Origin: Klebsiella phage vB_KaeM_KaOmega
Length of the DNA stretch: 64,000 nucleotides
Sequence record: MN013077.1
Reading direction: 5' to 3' (one strand)
Below, one piece after another: positions 1 through 9,528 of this stretch (within the stretch, counting starts at the first letter, position 1; the number at the start of each line of letters is the position of its first letter). Position numbers and translations under genes: made by a program. The notes beneath the pieces are model-generated. The model was not told the origin of the DNA, searched no databases, and saw only the letters and a list, made by a program, of their open reading frames with translations.

Positions 1-633
1 GCTGCACAGAATACCAACTACACTTGGGCCACTGTAGGGACCCCGGGCGTTGTTTACGAGAGGGCCAAAGCCGTAAACGGTCAGATTCGAGATCCTAACA
101 GCGCAGGTGCTCTCCAGGTTGCCGCCATTGTTGCACAAACTGCCGACGGCAAATGGTGGGGTAGTGGTTCTCTCTCTATGCTGGGGGCGAGTAGTTCTGA
201 TTCTGCCGGACCTTCCCTGCAACCTTTGGATAGTATCCCGGTCGGTTGTGAATTGTACGTTTCTCAGATGGTCAGTCAGTACATCCCGGGAATTAACTGG
301 CGTAGGGGTTTGCAGTCATTTATTGTAGACAAGCAGGCTGGAATTTACAAGTCGGCAGGTACTCAAGGAGGGGCGTACTCTCTGTTTAGGAATCTGGCGA
401 CCTCTTCCAGTTCTACTGTTTATACCGATGTTGACCAAGCGATCCTTGATGACGGCGGTATTGATTACGTCGTGGAGGGGTTTGGTGACCAATTCACTGC
501 CTTGGTTACAAACGGCGGTCACATCTTCTGGTGTGGTCGTGGGTACACAGGAACTCAGTGGCCTGTTCCATTCCGTGTTGCAAGTGCATACAATGGTCGT
601 CTGGACGATGAAAAACTCCTTCCTCCAGAGTAA
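1..633 (+). CDS. C-terminal part of a plus-strand protein, possibly tail fibre or receptor-binding-like (partial, continues upstream of window)
   Basis: Frame 1 is open from base 1 to TAA at 631-633. Gly/Ser/Thr-rich C-terminal sequence. Followed directly by an intrinsic terminator. Confidence 0.3.
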   Translation, partial: AAQNTNYTWATVGTPGVVYERAKAVNGQIRDPNSAGALQVAAIVAQTADGKWWGSGSLSMLGASSSDSAGPSLQPLDSIPVGCELYVSQMVSQYIPGINWRRGLQSFIVDKQAGIYKSAGTQGGAYSLFRNLATSSSSTVYTDVDQAILDDGGIDYVVEGFGDQFTALVTNGGHIFWCGRGYTGTQWPVPFRVASAYNGRLDDEKLLPPE

Positions 634-635
634 TA

Positions 636-668
636 AAAAAGGCACCCAATCGGGTGCCTTTTCTTTTA
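636..668. terminator. bidirectional rho-independent terminator between convergent genes
   Basis: GGCACCC-aatc-GGGTGCC hairpin with an A-run on the 5' side and TTTTCTTTT on the 3' side. Confidence 0.6.
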
Positions 669-675
669 TCACAAC

Positions 676-1902
676 TTAAAACGGAATATCGTCATCGAAA
701 TCAACGTCCGGAGGAGTCATGTCAATGTGACCATTGTTGACCGCCGGAGCCTGCTGAGTTTCAACTTTAGGTTGCGGATCAGGTGCAGTCTGAGACTGAG
801 CCGTCTGAACCGTGTTACCACCAGAAGGTTGTTCGCCCTTGACGTATGCGGATACGCCGGGAACAACTTCACTCATCAGCCCACGAGCATAAGCCAGCAG
901 CTTACCAGTGATCTCTTCCGGATTGTCATTCTCGCCAACCTGAATATCACGAGTGGCGTTCAGAACCGCATGGCCTACCATCGCACCCAGATCGTAATCA
1001 GACATACCTTTGTTAGCCGGGTCATTCGCAGCATCCAGTTTCAGATGCTTGGTGACATCATGAACAACCTTGGCTACCTCCACAACCGGAGGGATAGTCA
1101 GACCGCTACGGCGCAGGTTCAGGGCACCGTTCAGTGCATGGCCCGTTTCCATACCGGAGTTGTCCTTCTTGAAACCACCTTTGGAACCGCCCGCCCCTGA
1201 ACCAGCAGAACCTTTTGGACCGTAGGCTTTGAAACCGGACAGCGTACCGTCTTCAGCACGTTGACCCGCCAGGCGACCGCCGATCTGAACCTGAGCAATC
1301 TGCTCTTTGTTCAGAGCAACAGAGACTTCATTACCGTTCTCATCCTTCACCACAGCGCCTGTATCGCTCAGAGAGAGGATTTCTCCGTAAACCTTAGTGG
1401 TTTTGCCACCTGAAGCGTTGGACGGCGCAGAGGACGTCTGAGAGCCACCTGCGTTGCCTGCCGGGGCAGCATCACGGGCACCGGATTTGTCGGTAATGAC
1501 GATCTTGGATTTCTTGCCTTCCGGTGCAGATCGTTCGTTTCCGTCAGCGTCGGTCCACTTGCGGATCTGAACAGGAACACGAATAGCCATACCCGGCTTC
1601 AGATCAATCCACACTTCGCCTTCTTTCACCTGATACTTGTTTTCGTACTTCGGATTCTTAACCTCGTGGGTGCCGAAGCTGATCCACACTTGGTCTTCCC
1701 CGTTCTTAACGAGCAGAGACGCCTTGTGTGTTGCCACGATAGTCTTACCCTTGTTAGGACCCTTGTTGATAGGGGTAATTTTCGGGCTACCGTCCTCGTT
1801 GATGCGCTTAATGTTGATACGCTCGATAGTACCAACCGCCAGGCTTACCGTAGAGTTGTCAATTGGGTTAACTACTTCGGTAATTACTTTAACATCAGAC
1901 AT
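676..1902 (-). CDS. putative ssDNA-binding protein with an E. coli SSB-like C-terminal tail (DVDFDDDIPF)
   Basis: 408-aa ORF with AAGGAG RBS 6 nt upstream. C-terminus DDDIPF is identical to the SSB-Ct protein-interaction tip. Gly-rich linkers as in SSBs. Sits in the replication module. Confidence 0.5.
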   Translation of the reverse strand: MSDVKVITEVVNPIDNSTVSLAVGTIERINIKRINEDGSPKITPINKGPNKGKTIVATHKASLLVKNGEDQVWISFGTHEVKNPKYENKYQVKEGEVWIDLKPGMAIRVPVQIRKWTDADGNERSAPEGKKSKIVITDKSGARDAAPAGNAGGSQTSSAPSNASGGKTTKVYGEILSLSDTGAVVKDENGNEVSVALNKEQIAQVQIGGRLAGQRAEDGTLSGFKAYGPKGSAGSGAGGSKGGFKKDNSGMETGHALNGALNLRRSGLTIPPVVEVAKVVHDVTKHLKLDAANDPANKGMSDYDLGAMVGHAVLNATRDIQVGENDNPEEITGKLLAYARGLMSEVVPGVSAYVKGEQPSGGNTVQTAQSQTAPDPQPKVETQQAPAVNNGHIDMTPPDVDFDDDIPF

Positions 1903-1987
1903 TCACTTCTCCTTCGAGGATAAACAAGGCCCCAGTATTGAGGCCAGAACAACAGGTTACCACATTTACTCAGAATTGCAAGGTGCC

Positions 1988-2173
1988 TTACCAGACACCG
2001 AACCAAACACCAACGCCGTGGACAACACCGACCGGGGCGAAGATAGCGCCAGCAATCAGGAACAGCCAAGATGCAGTTTTGATACACACCACAACGTGGG
2101 TGAACCATGCAACGATGGATGCGATTACCAGTGCCAGCCAACCCAGACCTAAACCTGCCAGTAACTTGTTCAT
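1988..2173 (-). CDS. small membrane protein
   Basis: 61 aa with two hydrophobic helices. AAGGAGAGGA RBS. Confidence 0.4.
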   Translation of the reverse strand: MNKLLAGLGLGWLALVIASIVAWFTHVVVCIKTASWLFLIAGAIFAPVGVVHGVGVWFGVW

Positions 2174-2185
2174 TTCCTCTCCTTT

Positions 2186-2563
2186 TTACAAATAAACGCG
2201 CTGCACCTCTTTGTCTGCTTGATCAAACATCAAGTTTGCAGCATTGACGTCCTTAATCATCTCCTCCGTCATCTGATCCGGGCGGAAGGCCCGCAGTGAA
2301 CGTTTGAAGAGGACCTTCGGATCTTCAGTTACATCTCCCGACACATCGAACATCTTGATGATCATCTTCACCGGAACCTCACGAGAAATCTGCCCGCCGA
2401 CGTTGATGGCGTATGTCGCCCCTACTTCAACTTGACGATGGTCCAGTTCGTACATCAGGTTCAGGTTAACGTATTTGTATTCGTCGCAGCGAGTAATGTT
2501 CTTCTGTGCCTGAACACAAACCCAACCCGGCTCAACAAAAGTGTTATCGAAAATGCTCATCAT
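2186..2563 (-). CDS. hypothetical protein
   Basis: 125-aa ORF that tiles within the leftward operon. Confidence 0.5.
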   Translation of the reverse strand: MMSIFDNTFVEPGWVCVQAQKNITRCDEYKYVNLNLMYELDHRQVEVGATYAINVGGQISREVPVKMIIKMFDVSGDVTEDPKVLFKRSLRAFRPDQMTEEMIKDVNAANLMFDQADKEVQRVYL

Positions 2564-2615
2564 GTCTTCCTCATCGTTTAATGTTGTGACCAGTATACCT
2601 CTGTTTTCTCAGAAG

Positions 2616-3269
2616 TCAACTCACTTTTGAAATAATCAGCTTTTGCACGTAGCCCTGCAACAGGGCGTAAGTTATACCGCCCACATAACTACCGCCAACA
2701 GAGAGTCTCTCCCCGGCACCGAACCAGTTCGGCACGGAAAAGGTCTGCACCTCTCCGCTCACTATATTCCTCACCTTGACCTGGCGAGAATCTGGGTAAG
2801 TTTCTATCCGCAGATTGAAAACCTGACCTTGGTTACCATTGATCGAGCAACGAACATAATTTCCGCTGTTGTCTGTTGGGAACAATTGGTGCCCTCCAAC
2901 CCCGACCATTCCGTAATGCGCCAGTCCGGCGACGATCCTTGTGACGTAATCGCCAGAACACCACACCATCTGGGTTGCAGAAGGACTAAGGCTTTGGAAA
3001 ACAACCTCAATCACCATAGGGTCTGTGGACAGATCCACTGGAGACTGAGTTTGGAAATATCCTTGGCCTTGGGCAGGTATGAACTGCATGACCCTTCCAA
3101 TCCCTGCAACATCGACTATCCTTGGGCCTGCGCCGACCAAAGAGAAGGTGTGGTTTTCAGACCAATCCTTCAAAGTGGTCTCCCCAAGAGCTTGCCGTGT
3201 GGCATCGACATAGAGAATGGCATCCTCTTTGCGGGAAGACCTCCCTATAATCATTATCTCGTTCATCAA
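2616..3269 (-). CDS. hypothetical protein
   Basis: 217-aa ORF. Its start overlaps the stop of the upstream gene. Confidence 0.5.
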   Translation of the reverse strand: MMNEIMIIGRSSRKEDAILYVDATRQALGETTLKDWSENHTFSLVGAGPRIVDVAGIGRVMQFIPAQGQGYFQTQSPVDLSTDPMVIEVVFQSLSPSATQMVWCSGDYVTRIVAGLAHYGMVGVGGHQLFPTDNSGNYVRCSINGNQGQVFNLRIETYPDSRQVKVRNIVSGEVQTFSVPNWFGAGERLSVGGSYVGGITYALLQGYVQKLIISKVS

Positions 3270-3628
3270 TTTCTCCGAGGTTTTAAAACGCCAGATTTTG
3301 AAAGAGGGATCTCATCGGCATCTTTGCCTTTCTCTCCATCTTTCCCGTCCTTTCCTGTCTTACCCTCTGGACCTGCGGGACCAGCCGGACCCGGCACGTA
3401 TACATACTGCGGTTCAGTCAATGCAGAGACAAACAGTAGTATTGCCCAGGCAACGCCATTGACCCACAATGCAGGCCACATCGAAAAGAATACTGATAGG
3501 GCCAAGATCAATACCGCATTGCGGTGATCTCTTCGTCGAGCGATCAAGTATGGTGTCATCCAGAACAACACGAACAGCCATGCAGAACCTGTGAACAAAG
3601 ACCACATCAGATCAACAAATCCTGTCAT
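3266..3628 (-). CDS. membrane protein with collagen-like tripeptide repeats
   Basis: 120 aa with two to three TM helices. Ends in GPAGPAGPEGKTGKDGKDGEKGKD. Confidence 0.5.
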   Translation of the reverse strand: MTGFVDLMWSLFTGSAWLFVLFWMTPYLIARRRDHRNAVLILALSVFFSMWPALWVNGVAWAILLFVSALTEPQYVYVPGPAGPAGPEGKTGKDGKDGEKGKDADEIPLSKSGVLKPRRN

Positions 3629-3921
3629 TTCAGGCCCTCCTGAATCTTAATGCGGAGTATCTCGGCGTCAACGGTGTATGTGTTCTTTACCACGGCGTCA
3701 GAATCCCGGTATCGACACATAACGCCCTTAGCCTCCCCGTTCCGAGGAATAACCCAACTCATGTCGTAATTAGGTTGGCTCCTGCATACCTTGTGCAACT
3801 CAACAACCTCTGTGGGAAAGAGGGACTTCTTCATGCTGTAATGGTCAGGCTTTCCGTCATCGAACAGGTCACAACCGCTAACCAAAAGCGCTACCAGTAG
3901 AATTAATTTCTTCACATCCAC
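3625..3921 (-). CDS. putative lipoprotein
   Basis: Signal peptide with LVSGC lipobox. GTG start preceded by a G-rich RBS. Confidence 0.45.
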   Translation of the reverse strand: MDVKKLILLVALLVSGCDLFDDGKPDHYSMKKSLFPTEVVELHKVCRSQPNYDMSWVIPRNGEAKGVMCRYRDSDAVVKNTYTVDAEILRIKIQEGLK

Positions 3922-4064
3922 CCCGCAAATTTAGAAATTTCTGTGGAGATCATGATCCCCAAGATATACGTCATAGAGAAGGCGACAGTCCAGTACATAA
4001 ATCGGGTTCCCGCCATCGCTACCATAATGAACAATATAACAAAAGTTTCAGGCGCTATCAACAT
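3912..4064 (-). CDS. small hydrophobic protein (50 aa)
   Basis: ATG at 4064 overlaps the upstream stop. Not in the ORF track (<60 aa). Fits the operon-wide overlap pattern. Confidence 0.25.
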   Translation of the reverse strand: MLIAPETFVILFIMVAMAGTRFMYWTVAFSMTYILGIMISTEISKFAGWM

Positions 4065-4480
4065 TTTGTTGCCCCCCTGCGGCGCTTGTCCTCTTCCTCA
4101 TCAACCTCATCCTCTGCCCGGGCCATGATTTGATAAATCGTCTCGGGATTGTCGAGGAACTCGGTATACTTCTTGATCCTGACTGCCAGCTTGCCGCGAA
4201 CCTTACGCTCATGCATCTGTTGATTCTGCATGAATCCCTTCTGGTACAGGAGGAAGTAGTAGACCTGTTTTGCCCTGTTACGATCACAACCGAGTGCGAT
4301 GGCGAAGTCATTGAAGCAGTCACTATCGTGTTTGACCATAAAAATGTCCCAGAACACCTCACGAGCCTTCGCAAGCTCTTCCGGGGTAACTCGGGGCCAC
4401 TCAGGACTACCGTACTTAACACCTTTTGACATCCCGGTGCGAGGCGGCGCTTTAGGGTAAACTTTTCTTGTATTGCTCAT
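4058..4480 (-). CDS. hypothetical protein with acidic C-terminus
   Basis: ATG at 4480 with GAGGAG RBS 8 nt upstream. The track start at 4495 is an alternative TTG. Confidence 0.5.
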   Translation of the reverse strand: MSNTRKVYPKAPPRTGMSKGVKYGSPEWPRVTPEELAKAREVFWDIFMVKHDSDCFNDFAIALGCDRNRAKQVYYFLLYQKGFMQNQQMHERKVRGKLAVRIKKYTEFLDNPETIYQIMARAEDEVDEEEDKRRRGATKC

Positions 4481-4543
4481 TTCATCACTCCTCAAGGTAA
4501 AACGTTATTCCACTGGATGGGGGCCGAAGCCCCCGGATATTAC

Positions 4544-5227
4544 TTAGTCGCAGGACGAGTAGCTTGACCCGCTGTCATATGAACTGGAGTCATATGAACT
4601 GCTGGAAGAACCATAACTCGAACTGCTGTAGCTGTCGTCAGAGGACGAATAGCTCGAACTGTACGTCGATGTCGCAGCAGAACTGCGGCACTCTTCAACC
4701 GGGGCAGTCTGCGCTGCCGGAGTGTCGTCGTTCAGGATCGTCGCGGCGGCATAGCCGTACAGTGCTGCGTTAACAGGATCGATACCGTGAGAAGTCACAT
4801 GACCACCAGTGCTGTGCGGAGTATCGTCCAAGCGACGGGCCGGGGTGCCGGACACTTTCGCCTGTTTGATGAACTGACGCTTCGCTTTCGGCGGCAGGGT
4901 CTTGCCCTTCGCATAAGCTGGCAGTTCCACACCTTTAAGCTGCTCGTTCAGAGGCTTAGGTGGGGTCTTCTCCACCGGGGTCTCACGAACGGTACTACGG
5001 GTTTCTACTGTCACCACACGTTTGGTTTGTTCTGCCAGATCCACAGCGACCACAACTTGATTATCATTCAGTTGCTCATCCACATGAACAGTTTCCGGTT
5101 TGGTGAAGCGGACTTGGTTAACGGTCTGAGTCTGTGACTGTTTGGCGATGTACTCGTCAACCTTCACATCATCGATCTTCGCCGGGGCGAACAGGGCTTT
5201 AACCCACGCTACAAACTTCTTGATCAT
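4544..5227 (-). CDS. hypothetical protein with Ser/Tyr-rich low-complexity C-terminal tail
   Basis: 227 aa. C-terminus is SSYSSSDDSYSSSSYGSSSSSYDSSSYDSGSSYSS. Confidence 0.5.
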   Translation of the reverse strand: MIKKFVAWVKALFAPAKIDDVKVDEYIAKQSQTQTVNQVRFTKPETVHVDEQLNDNQVVVAVDLAEQTKRVVTVETRSTVRETPVEKTPPKPLNEQLKGVELPAYAKGKTLPPKAKRQFIKQAKVSGTPARRLDDTPHSTGGHVTSHGIDPVNAALYGYAAATILNDDTPAAQTAPVEECRSSAATSTYSSSYSSSDDSYSSSSYGSSSSSYDSSSYDSGSSYSSCD

Positions 5228-5439
5228 ACTTTCTCTCCTTCTTCGTTGAGAACAGTCAGCAAATTGGTGCCCAGTAGGCCAGCGGAGATCAGGTCATCAA
5301 TACCCGCCTGCCCGGTAAGTCCGTCCTCAAAACAGTCCGCCAGATTCTCGTTCTCCAGCATCCAGTTGTTGGCGGCTTTTTCGGAGGTGAACAGCAAGCC
5401 TTCATGACCGATGTCCCACTCACAGAAAATCTCAAACAT
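5224..5439 (-). CDS. hypothetical protein
   Basis: 71-aa ORF coupled to its neighbours. Confidence 0.4.
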   Translation of the reverse strand: MFEIFCEWDIGHEGLLFTSEKAANNWMLENENLADCFEDGLTGQAGIDDLISAGLLGTNLLTVLNEEGEKV

Positions 5440-5768
5440 TATCCTCTCCTCTTATCGTAAACTTCCCTCGCCCATTTCACAGCCGCTTCGATAACGTCTC
5501 CGTGACATGGTTGGGGATGACAAAAGCATACCAGATCTCTACCTTCTAAAGCAAGAAGATCTTCAATGGTAATTTTCCCGGACCTGATCTGTCCCCACAA
5601 CCAAACGCGGTAGCGTTCAATTGTGGCCCCTCTCGGCTCTTCTTTCGACAGCTTAAAGGGGTTGGCGAACTTAGACTGCTTTAGCCCGAAGTGGGGCATG
5701 GCGCGACCTATGTACACAGCATTATCCGGGATTACTTTACTCAGGTGGTAAAAGTTAAGTACCGCCAT
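5439..5768 (-). CDS. conserved phage protein (DUF4326-like, CFCHPxPCHGD motif)
   Basis: 109 aa. Motif recalled from the DUF4326 family; function unknown. Confidence 0.4.
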   Translation of the reverse strand: MAVLNFYHLSKVIPDNAVYIGRAMPHFGLKQSKFANPFKLSKEEPRGATIERYRVWLWGQIRSGKITIEDLLALEGRDLVCFCHPQPCHGDVIEAAVKWAREVYDKRRG

Positions 5769-6058
5769 TATCGGTCGGCCTTTAACTTCTTGTCAACCTC
5801 CGCCACCATACGGTTCAGTTCAGCCATTTCTTCGTCCAGCCTCTTGTTGATAGGTTTCCCAAACAACCAGAATTTATCCTTCGCAAAGTCCACCTTGTCG
5901 GCTGTCCACTGACACAGGTCTTCCAGCTTCCCCGCCAAGAAACTGCCAAAGGCAGCAAGCAGGCTGAACGGAATCAGTACCGCACGATGTGGGTTTAGTA
6001 CGATCAGTACGGTGAGAAGAACAATTACTTTACCAAACTTGGTCAGTACCTTCAACAT
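5768..6058 (-). CDS. membrane protein
   Basis: 96 aa with hydrophobic N-terminal segments. Confidence 0.4.
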   Translation of the reverse strand: MLKVLTKFGKVIVLLTVLIVLNPHRAVLIPFSLLAAFGSFLAGKLEDLCQWTADKVDFAKDKFWLFGKPINKRLDEEMAELNRMVAEVDKKLKADR

Positions 6059-6460
6059 TTAATTCCCCTCCAAACGAACATGTGGGTCAGCAAGATCATC
6101 CGACCCGTAATCCCAGAGGTCCATCCCAAAGTGACGGACACCATCCTCTGGCTCGTAGCCCGGTCGGGTGCATGGAGACACCCAAATACCTTCGACATTT
6201 GCTTCGATAAGCCCCTCGACACCAATACGGCTGTATGTCAGGTAAGGGACCAACACCGGGTCTTTTTCGCCGCAACCGCAGTCACAGACCCATACTTTTC
6301 CTTCACCAACATAGGGTAATTTCTCTGCCGGGATGAAGTTTAGCTGCGCCAGAGGGAATCTTTGGATCATCGCCGCCTGGTAGTCCGGGCCTACCAGCCC
6401 GGATACGAAAGCATTGACTTCTTCAGATTGCTTCTCAACGAGTTCGCTGTTATTTAGCAT
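6059..6460 (-). CDS. hypothetical protein
   Basis: 133-aa ORF with a CDCGCGE Cys cluster. Confidence 0.45.
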   Translation of the reverse strand: MLNNSELVEKQSEEVNAFVSGLVGPDYQAAMIQRFPLAQLNFIPAEKLPYVGEGKVWVCDCGCGEKDPVLVPYLTYSRIGVEGLIEANVEGIWVSPCTRPGYEPEDGVRHFGMDLWDYGSDDLADPHVRLEGN

Positions 6461-6797
6461 CCAAAAGCTCCTGCTTGGTTTTTGTGGTTTCGTTCACTTT
6501 CACGTAAACATCCTTAGCGATCGGCTTGTAACAACGATCGTCGGAGAAGATGTATCCGGCCTGTTTGGCTTCGTACTTCTCGCACGTTGCATAGTGGCGC
6601 TTATAGTCGCTGTAGTCCATACGGATGATTAGCGGAGACAAGAGGAACCCCCAAAAAATAACCCCAACCCCCACACCTGCCAGTTTATATTTCCATGACT
6701 CACCGAGGCCCTGTACAAATCCAAAAAGTGCGCCTGCAATCACGAACACCAGGATAAATTCAGCGTTTTGAATCAAAAACTCAAAGAAACCGATCAT
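6450..6797 (-). CDS. membrane protein
   Basis: 115 aa with two or three TM helices. Confidence 0.45.
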   Translation of the reverse strand: MIGFFEFLIQNAEFILVFVIAGALFGFVQGLGESWKYKLAGVGVGVIFWGFLLSPLIIRMDYSDYKRHYATCEKYEAKQAGYIFSDDRCYKPIAKDVYVKVNETTKTKQELLDAK

Positions 6798-6806
6798 CTA
6801 CTTCTC

Positions 6807-6992
6807 CTATTTTAAATTTTTCTGAAGGTTGTCAACTTGATTTTCAAGTTCCTTGGCAAGGGTCAGTGCCTTGTTGTGGTACTTGTCTTTGAACGCCTGC
6901 TTGGTCGTCCATTTCAGCCCGGGGGCTGTGATAATCGCCATCATCAGCGAAATACCAAATAACTTAACGGCTTTTGAGAATAAACCCTTCAT
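6807..6992 (-). CDS. small protein
   Basis: 61-aa ORF. Confidence 0.35.
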   Translation of the reverse strand: MKGLFSKAVKLFGISLMMAIITAPGLKWTTKQAFKDKYHNKALTLAKELENQVDNLQKNLK

Positions 6993-7000
6993 GATCCTCC

Positions 7001-7222
7001 TTAAAAATCAAACTGTTTAGTTAACTTTTTCATCGTGCCTTGATATGACGGGTGCAGTTTGTAATTGCACCCCTTCTCAACACACCAATCCGAAGCCGGG
7101 TTACGAAGAGCCACCAAACCACACCAGGCGCAGACTTGCTTGCCTGCGTGTTTGTCCAGATAGAAGTGGTGACGCTCATAATGGTACTCTTCTTTCTGGC
7201 TCTTGTCTACCTTTTTCACCAT
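7001..7222 (-). CDS. Cys-rich small protein (possible zinc ribbon)
   Basis: 73 aa with CxxC...C..C pattern. Confidence 0.4.
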   Translation of the reverse strand: MVKKVDKSQKEEYHYERHHFYLDKHAGKQVCAWCGLVALRNPASDWCVEKGCNYKLHPSYQGTMKKLTKQFDF

Positions 7223-7890
7223 CCGAATTTCTCCGTGGGGAGATAAACTTGCTGCTGGTTACGCAGCACCAAACGCAGATCCTTTTGTGGCTCAAGGTAG
7301 TCAGTCTCGGTCACACGGATAAGGTAGCGCCAGCCGGGCGCACGGGCCTGCTGTGCGGTGTGAAGTTCCCACCAGTCCCATTCCACCACCTGACCATCGG
7401 GGGCGTTGTAGGTGTCGAGGAGGCCCTTATTATCCATCTCGCAAACCTGACTGGAGATTCCAGCGTACAGGTTCGGGAGGTTCTCTGTGACCAAGTTGAT
7501 ATTGCGTGAGGCAATGAACTTCGTCGGACAGTCTCCGCCAACTACCAGCAGATGGTATCGTGGAGAGTCCGCTCCGATCTGCATGTGGATGTGCGGAGCA
7601 CCCGACGCTGGAGACAGAGTTTTACCACCACGAGGAACACCGTCGGTGTGCCAGCCCGGGATCGCCGGGATCATTCCAGGCATCAGCATGTGGGTCTTAA
7701 CATCAACCACAATATGCTTTTTATCGCCACGGAGATTCATCGCTTGCAGGGCGGCTCGGGTAACATCCCCTCCGAATCGGAAAGCATCATCGAAGGATGC
7801 GTTCCACAGGCCCTGTGTGTTCTTGATGTCGTCCTGAGACGGCTTCTCGATCTTATTGCCAAACTGTACTTCGCCACGGTTAAATTTCAT
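7216..7890 (-). CDS. possible 2OG-Fe(II) oxygenase superfamily protein
   Basis: 224 aa. Contains WHTDG (HxD) plus downstream His residues. Motif-level evidence only. Confidence 0.3.
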   Translation of the reverse strand: MKFNRGEVQFGNKIEKPSQDDIKNTQGLWNASFDDAFRFGGDVTRAALQAMNLRGDKKHIVVDVKTHMLMPGMIPAIPGWHTDGVPRGGKTLSPASGAPHIHMQIGADSPRYHLLVVGGDCPTKFIASRNINLVTENLPNLYAGISSQVCEMDNKGLLDTYNAPDGQVVEWDWWELHTAQQARAPGWRYLIRVTETDYLEPQKDLRLVLRNQQQVYLPTEKFGW

Positions 7891-7899
7891 TTCGTCACC

Positions 7900-8145
7900 T
7901 CATTGATATTGGGCTTTCCAGGTAATTCGTCCGGTCTTGCACACAAACTTATCTTCCACCACCAATCCGCTGAACGCTCCGTCCGGGGCATTGACAACAG
8001 AGTTGACCATTCTCTGCTCCCCGGTCTTTACGCAACCGTCTTGGTAGTCCTGATACTCTTGCATTCCGTAACTGACAAGAGAGATTATAATCAAACAGCC
8101 GATTAAAGTAAACCACAATTTGAACCAAATGCTGCTGTTTTTCAT
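7900..8145 (-). CDS. membrane-anchored small protein
   Basis: 81 aa with an N-terminal TM helix. Confidence 0.4.
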   Translation of the reverse strand: MKNSSIWFKLWFTLIGCLIIISLVSYGMQEYQDYQDGCVKTGEQRMVNSVVNAPDGAFSGLVVEDKFVCKTGRITWKAQYQ

Positions 8146-8375
8146 GATAATACCCCTGCATAAATGTCGATAGCTTCCTCTTTCGAGATGTGTCCGTTTA
8201 CCGTGTGTACTTCCTGTTTCAGGCAGTATTTACACACCCTCGACACCTGAGTTTCATGGCTCTGTGGGACCACATATGTCGGGGTGTCGTGATGCCGGGT
8301 GATCTGAAGGGCCTCTGTTACTCTCCAGTTGTGCATGACACATTCGTCTTTCTTTTTTGTCGTGAACCAACCCAT
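8142..8375 (-). CDS. Cys/His-rich small protein
   Basis: Start re-picked at ATG 8375, 1 nt after the upstream stop, with a G-rich RBS. Confidence 0.4.
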   Translation of the reverse strand: MGWFTTKKKDECVMHNWRVTEALQITRHHDTPTYVVPQSHETQVSRVCKYCLKQEVHTVNGHISKEEAIDIYAGVLS

Positions 8376-8376
8376 C

Positions 8377-8595
8377 TTACACCCCCGGTGGTAAGGTAAC
8401 GCCGCCAACGCTGCGGCAACGTGACAGGTATGCGGTGTTGGCCCGAGTAGCCTGATCCCTAAGCTCGTCGTTCTCTTTGGCTTGGTATTCAATGAACTTT
8501 AGCATTTCCCACAACTTGTCAATAAGTACATCCTTCTTCAAGGATTTCCAGTGTTTACGGAAGGCGACCTCGTCTTCACTCATCAGTCTTTTCAT
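8377..8595 (-). CDS. hypothetical protein
   Basis: Start re-picked at ATG 8595 so that it tiles with the upstream gene. Confidence 0.4.
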   Translation of the reverse strand: MKRLMSEDEVAFRKHWKSLKKDVLIDKLWEMLKFIEYQAKENDELRDQATRANTAYLSRCRSVGGVTLPPGV

Positions 8596-8963
8596 TACAG
8601 TTTCCTCATTTTCTTGATGTTTTTTGGGGACACGTAAGAGATATTGTTGAAAATCTTCATCTCTTCTGTGGTTACGCATACATTATCTGTTTCTGCACAG
8701 AACGTACTGCCGAGCCAAACGTACATGCAGCGATCATCGCCGATGCCGAAGCATGGCTTATCCCGGAGGTCACCGAAGATAAAGTTTTCATCCTTGCCCA
8801 TCGGTTTTCCGTCGATAAAGATAATATACCCATCGTCCTTGAGTTGCTGAATCTCAAAGGCCCGGTCAAAACCCTTCATGAAGCGACGGTATGAAGACTT
8901 ATTCATGAAATCACTTTCGTGAATGATTGCAGAACTTACCTGTGTGATTTTGGTGTTGTTCAT
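8595..8963 (-). CDS. hypothetical protein
   Basis: 122-aa ORF. Confidence 0.45.
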   Translation of the reverse strand: MNNTKITQVSSAIIHESDFMNKSSYRRFMKGFDRAFEIQQLKDDGYIIFIDGKPMGKDENFIFGDLRDKPCFGIGDDRCMYVWLGSTFCAETDNVCVTTEEMKIFNNISYVSPKNIKKMRKL

Positions 8964-9029
8964 GTCTTTTCCTCTTTGTTGTCGATGAGAGGATTATGCG
9001 GGAAATCAGGAGGGAAGTCAACAATTTTG

Positions 9030-9062
9030 TGCAAATAAAAAGGCCACCCGAAGGTGGCCTTA
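9030..9062 (-). terminator. rho-independent terminator (bidirectional hairpin)
   Basis: GGCCACC-cgaa-GGTGGCC, followed by TTTTTATTTG on the minus strand. Confidence 0.55.
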
Positions 9063-9065
9063 ATC

Positions 9066-9467
9066 TTATTCAGCGTCCAGCGCCGCCAGTTCCGCACGAA
9101 GCTCTTCTGGGGTCTTGGATTGAACTTCACGCTGCTCGGCTTCCGCCAGGGCGTTGATCAGTTTCTGACGCTGCGCTGCTTTGGTCTGTGCCGCCACGCG
9201 TTCTGCCGCTTCGGTCTCTTTCACGCCGATCACGTGCTTAACGATCTCCAGCTTCAGTTCCAAGTCTTTACGCACAGCGTTCTTGTTCTGCGACAGGAAA
9301 GACTCTTCCTTCTCTGCATTGATCTGACGGTTGATACCCTTCGCCACTTCGTCCAGCGCCGTCAGTGACAGGTCGAACAGGTCTTCAGTCGCCAGCGACG
9401 CGAAGCGCGGGGAAGCGAAACGGATTTTTGCACGTGCTGCGATTTCAAAGATGTTGGTAGTAGACAT
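9066..9467 (-). CDS. hypothetical coiled-coil protein
   Basis: 133 aa, Ala/Glu/Lys-rich. Confidence 0.5.
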   Translation of the reverse strand: MSTTNIFEIAARAKIRFASPRFASLATEDLFDLSLTALDEVAKGINRQINAEKEESFLSQNKNAVRKDLELKLEIVKHVIGVKETEAAERVAAQTKAAQRQKLINALAEAEQREVQSKTPEELRAELAALDAE

Positions 9468-9528
9468 TGTATTTCTCCTCAGTAATTAAGTTCGGGTTCA
9501 TTATGGGGCCTTTCGGCCCCGTTGTCAA

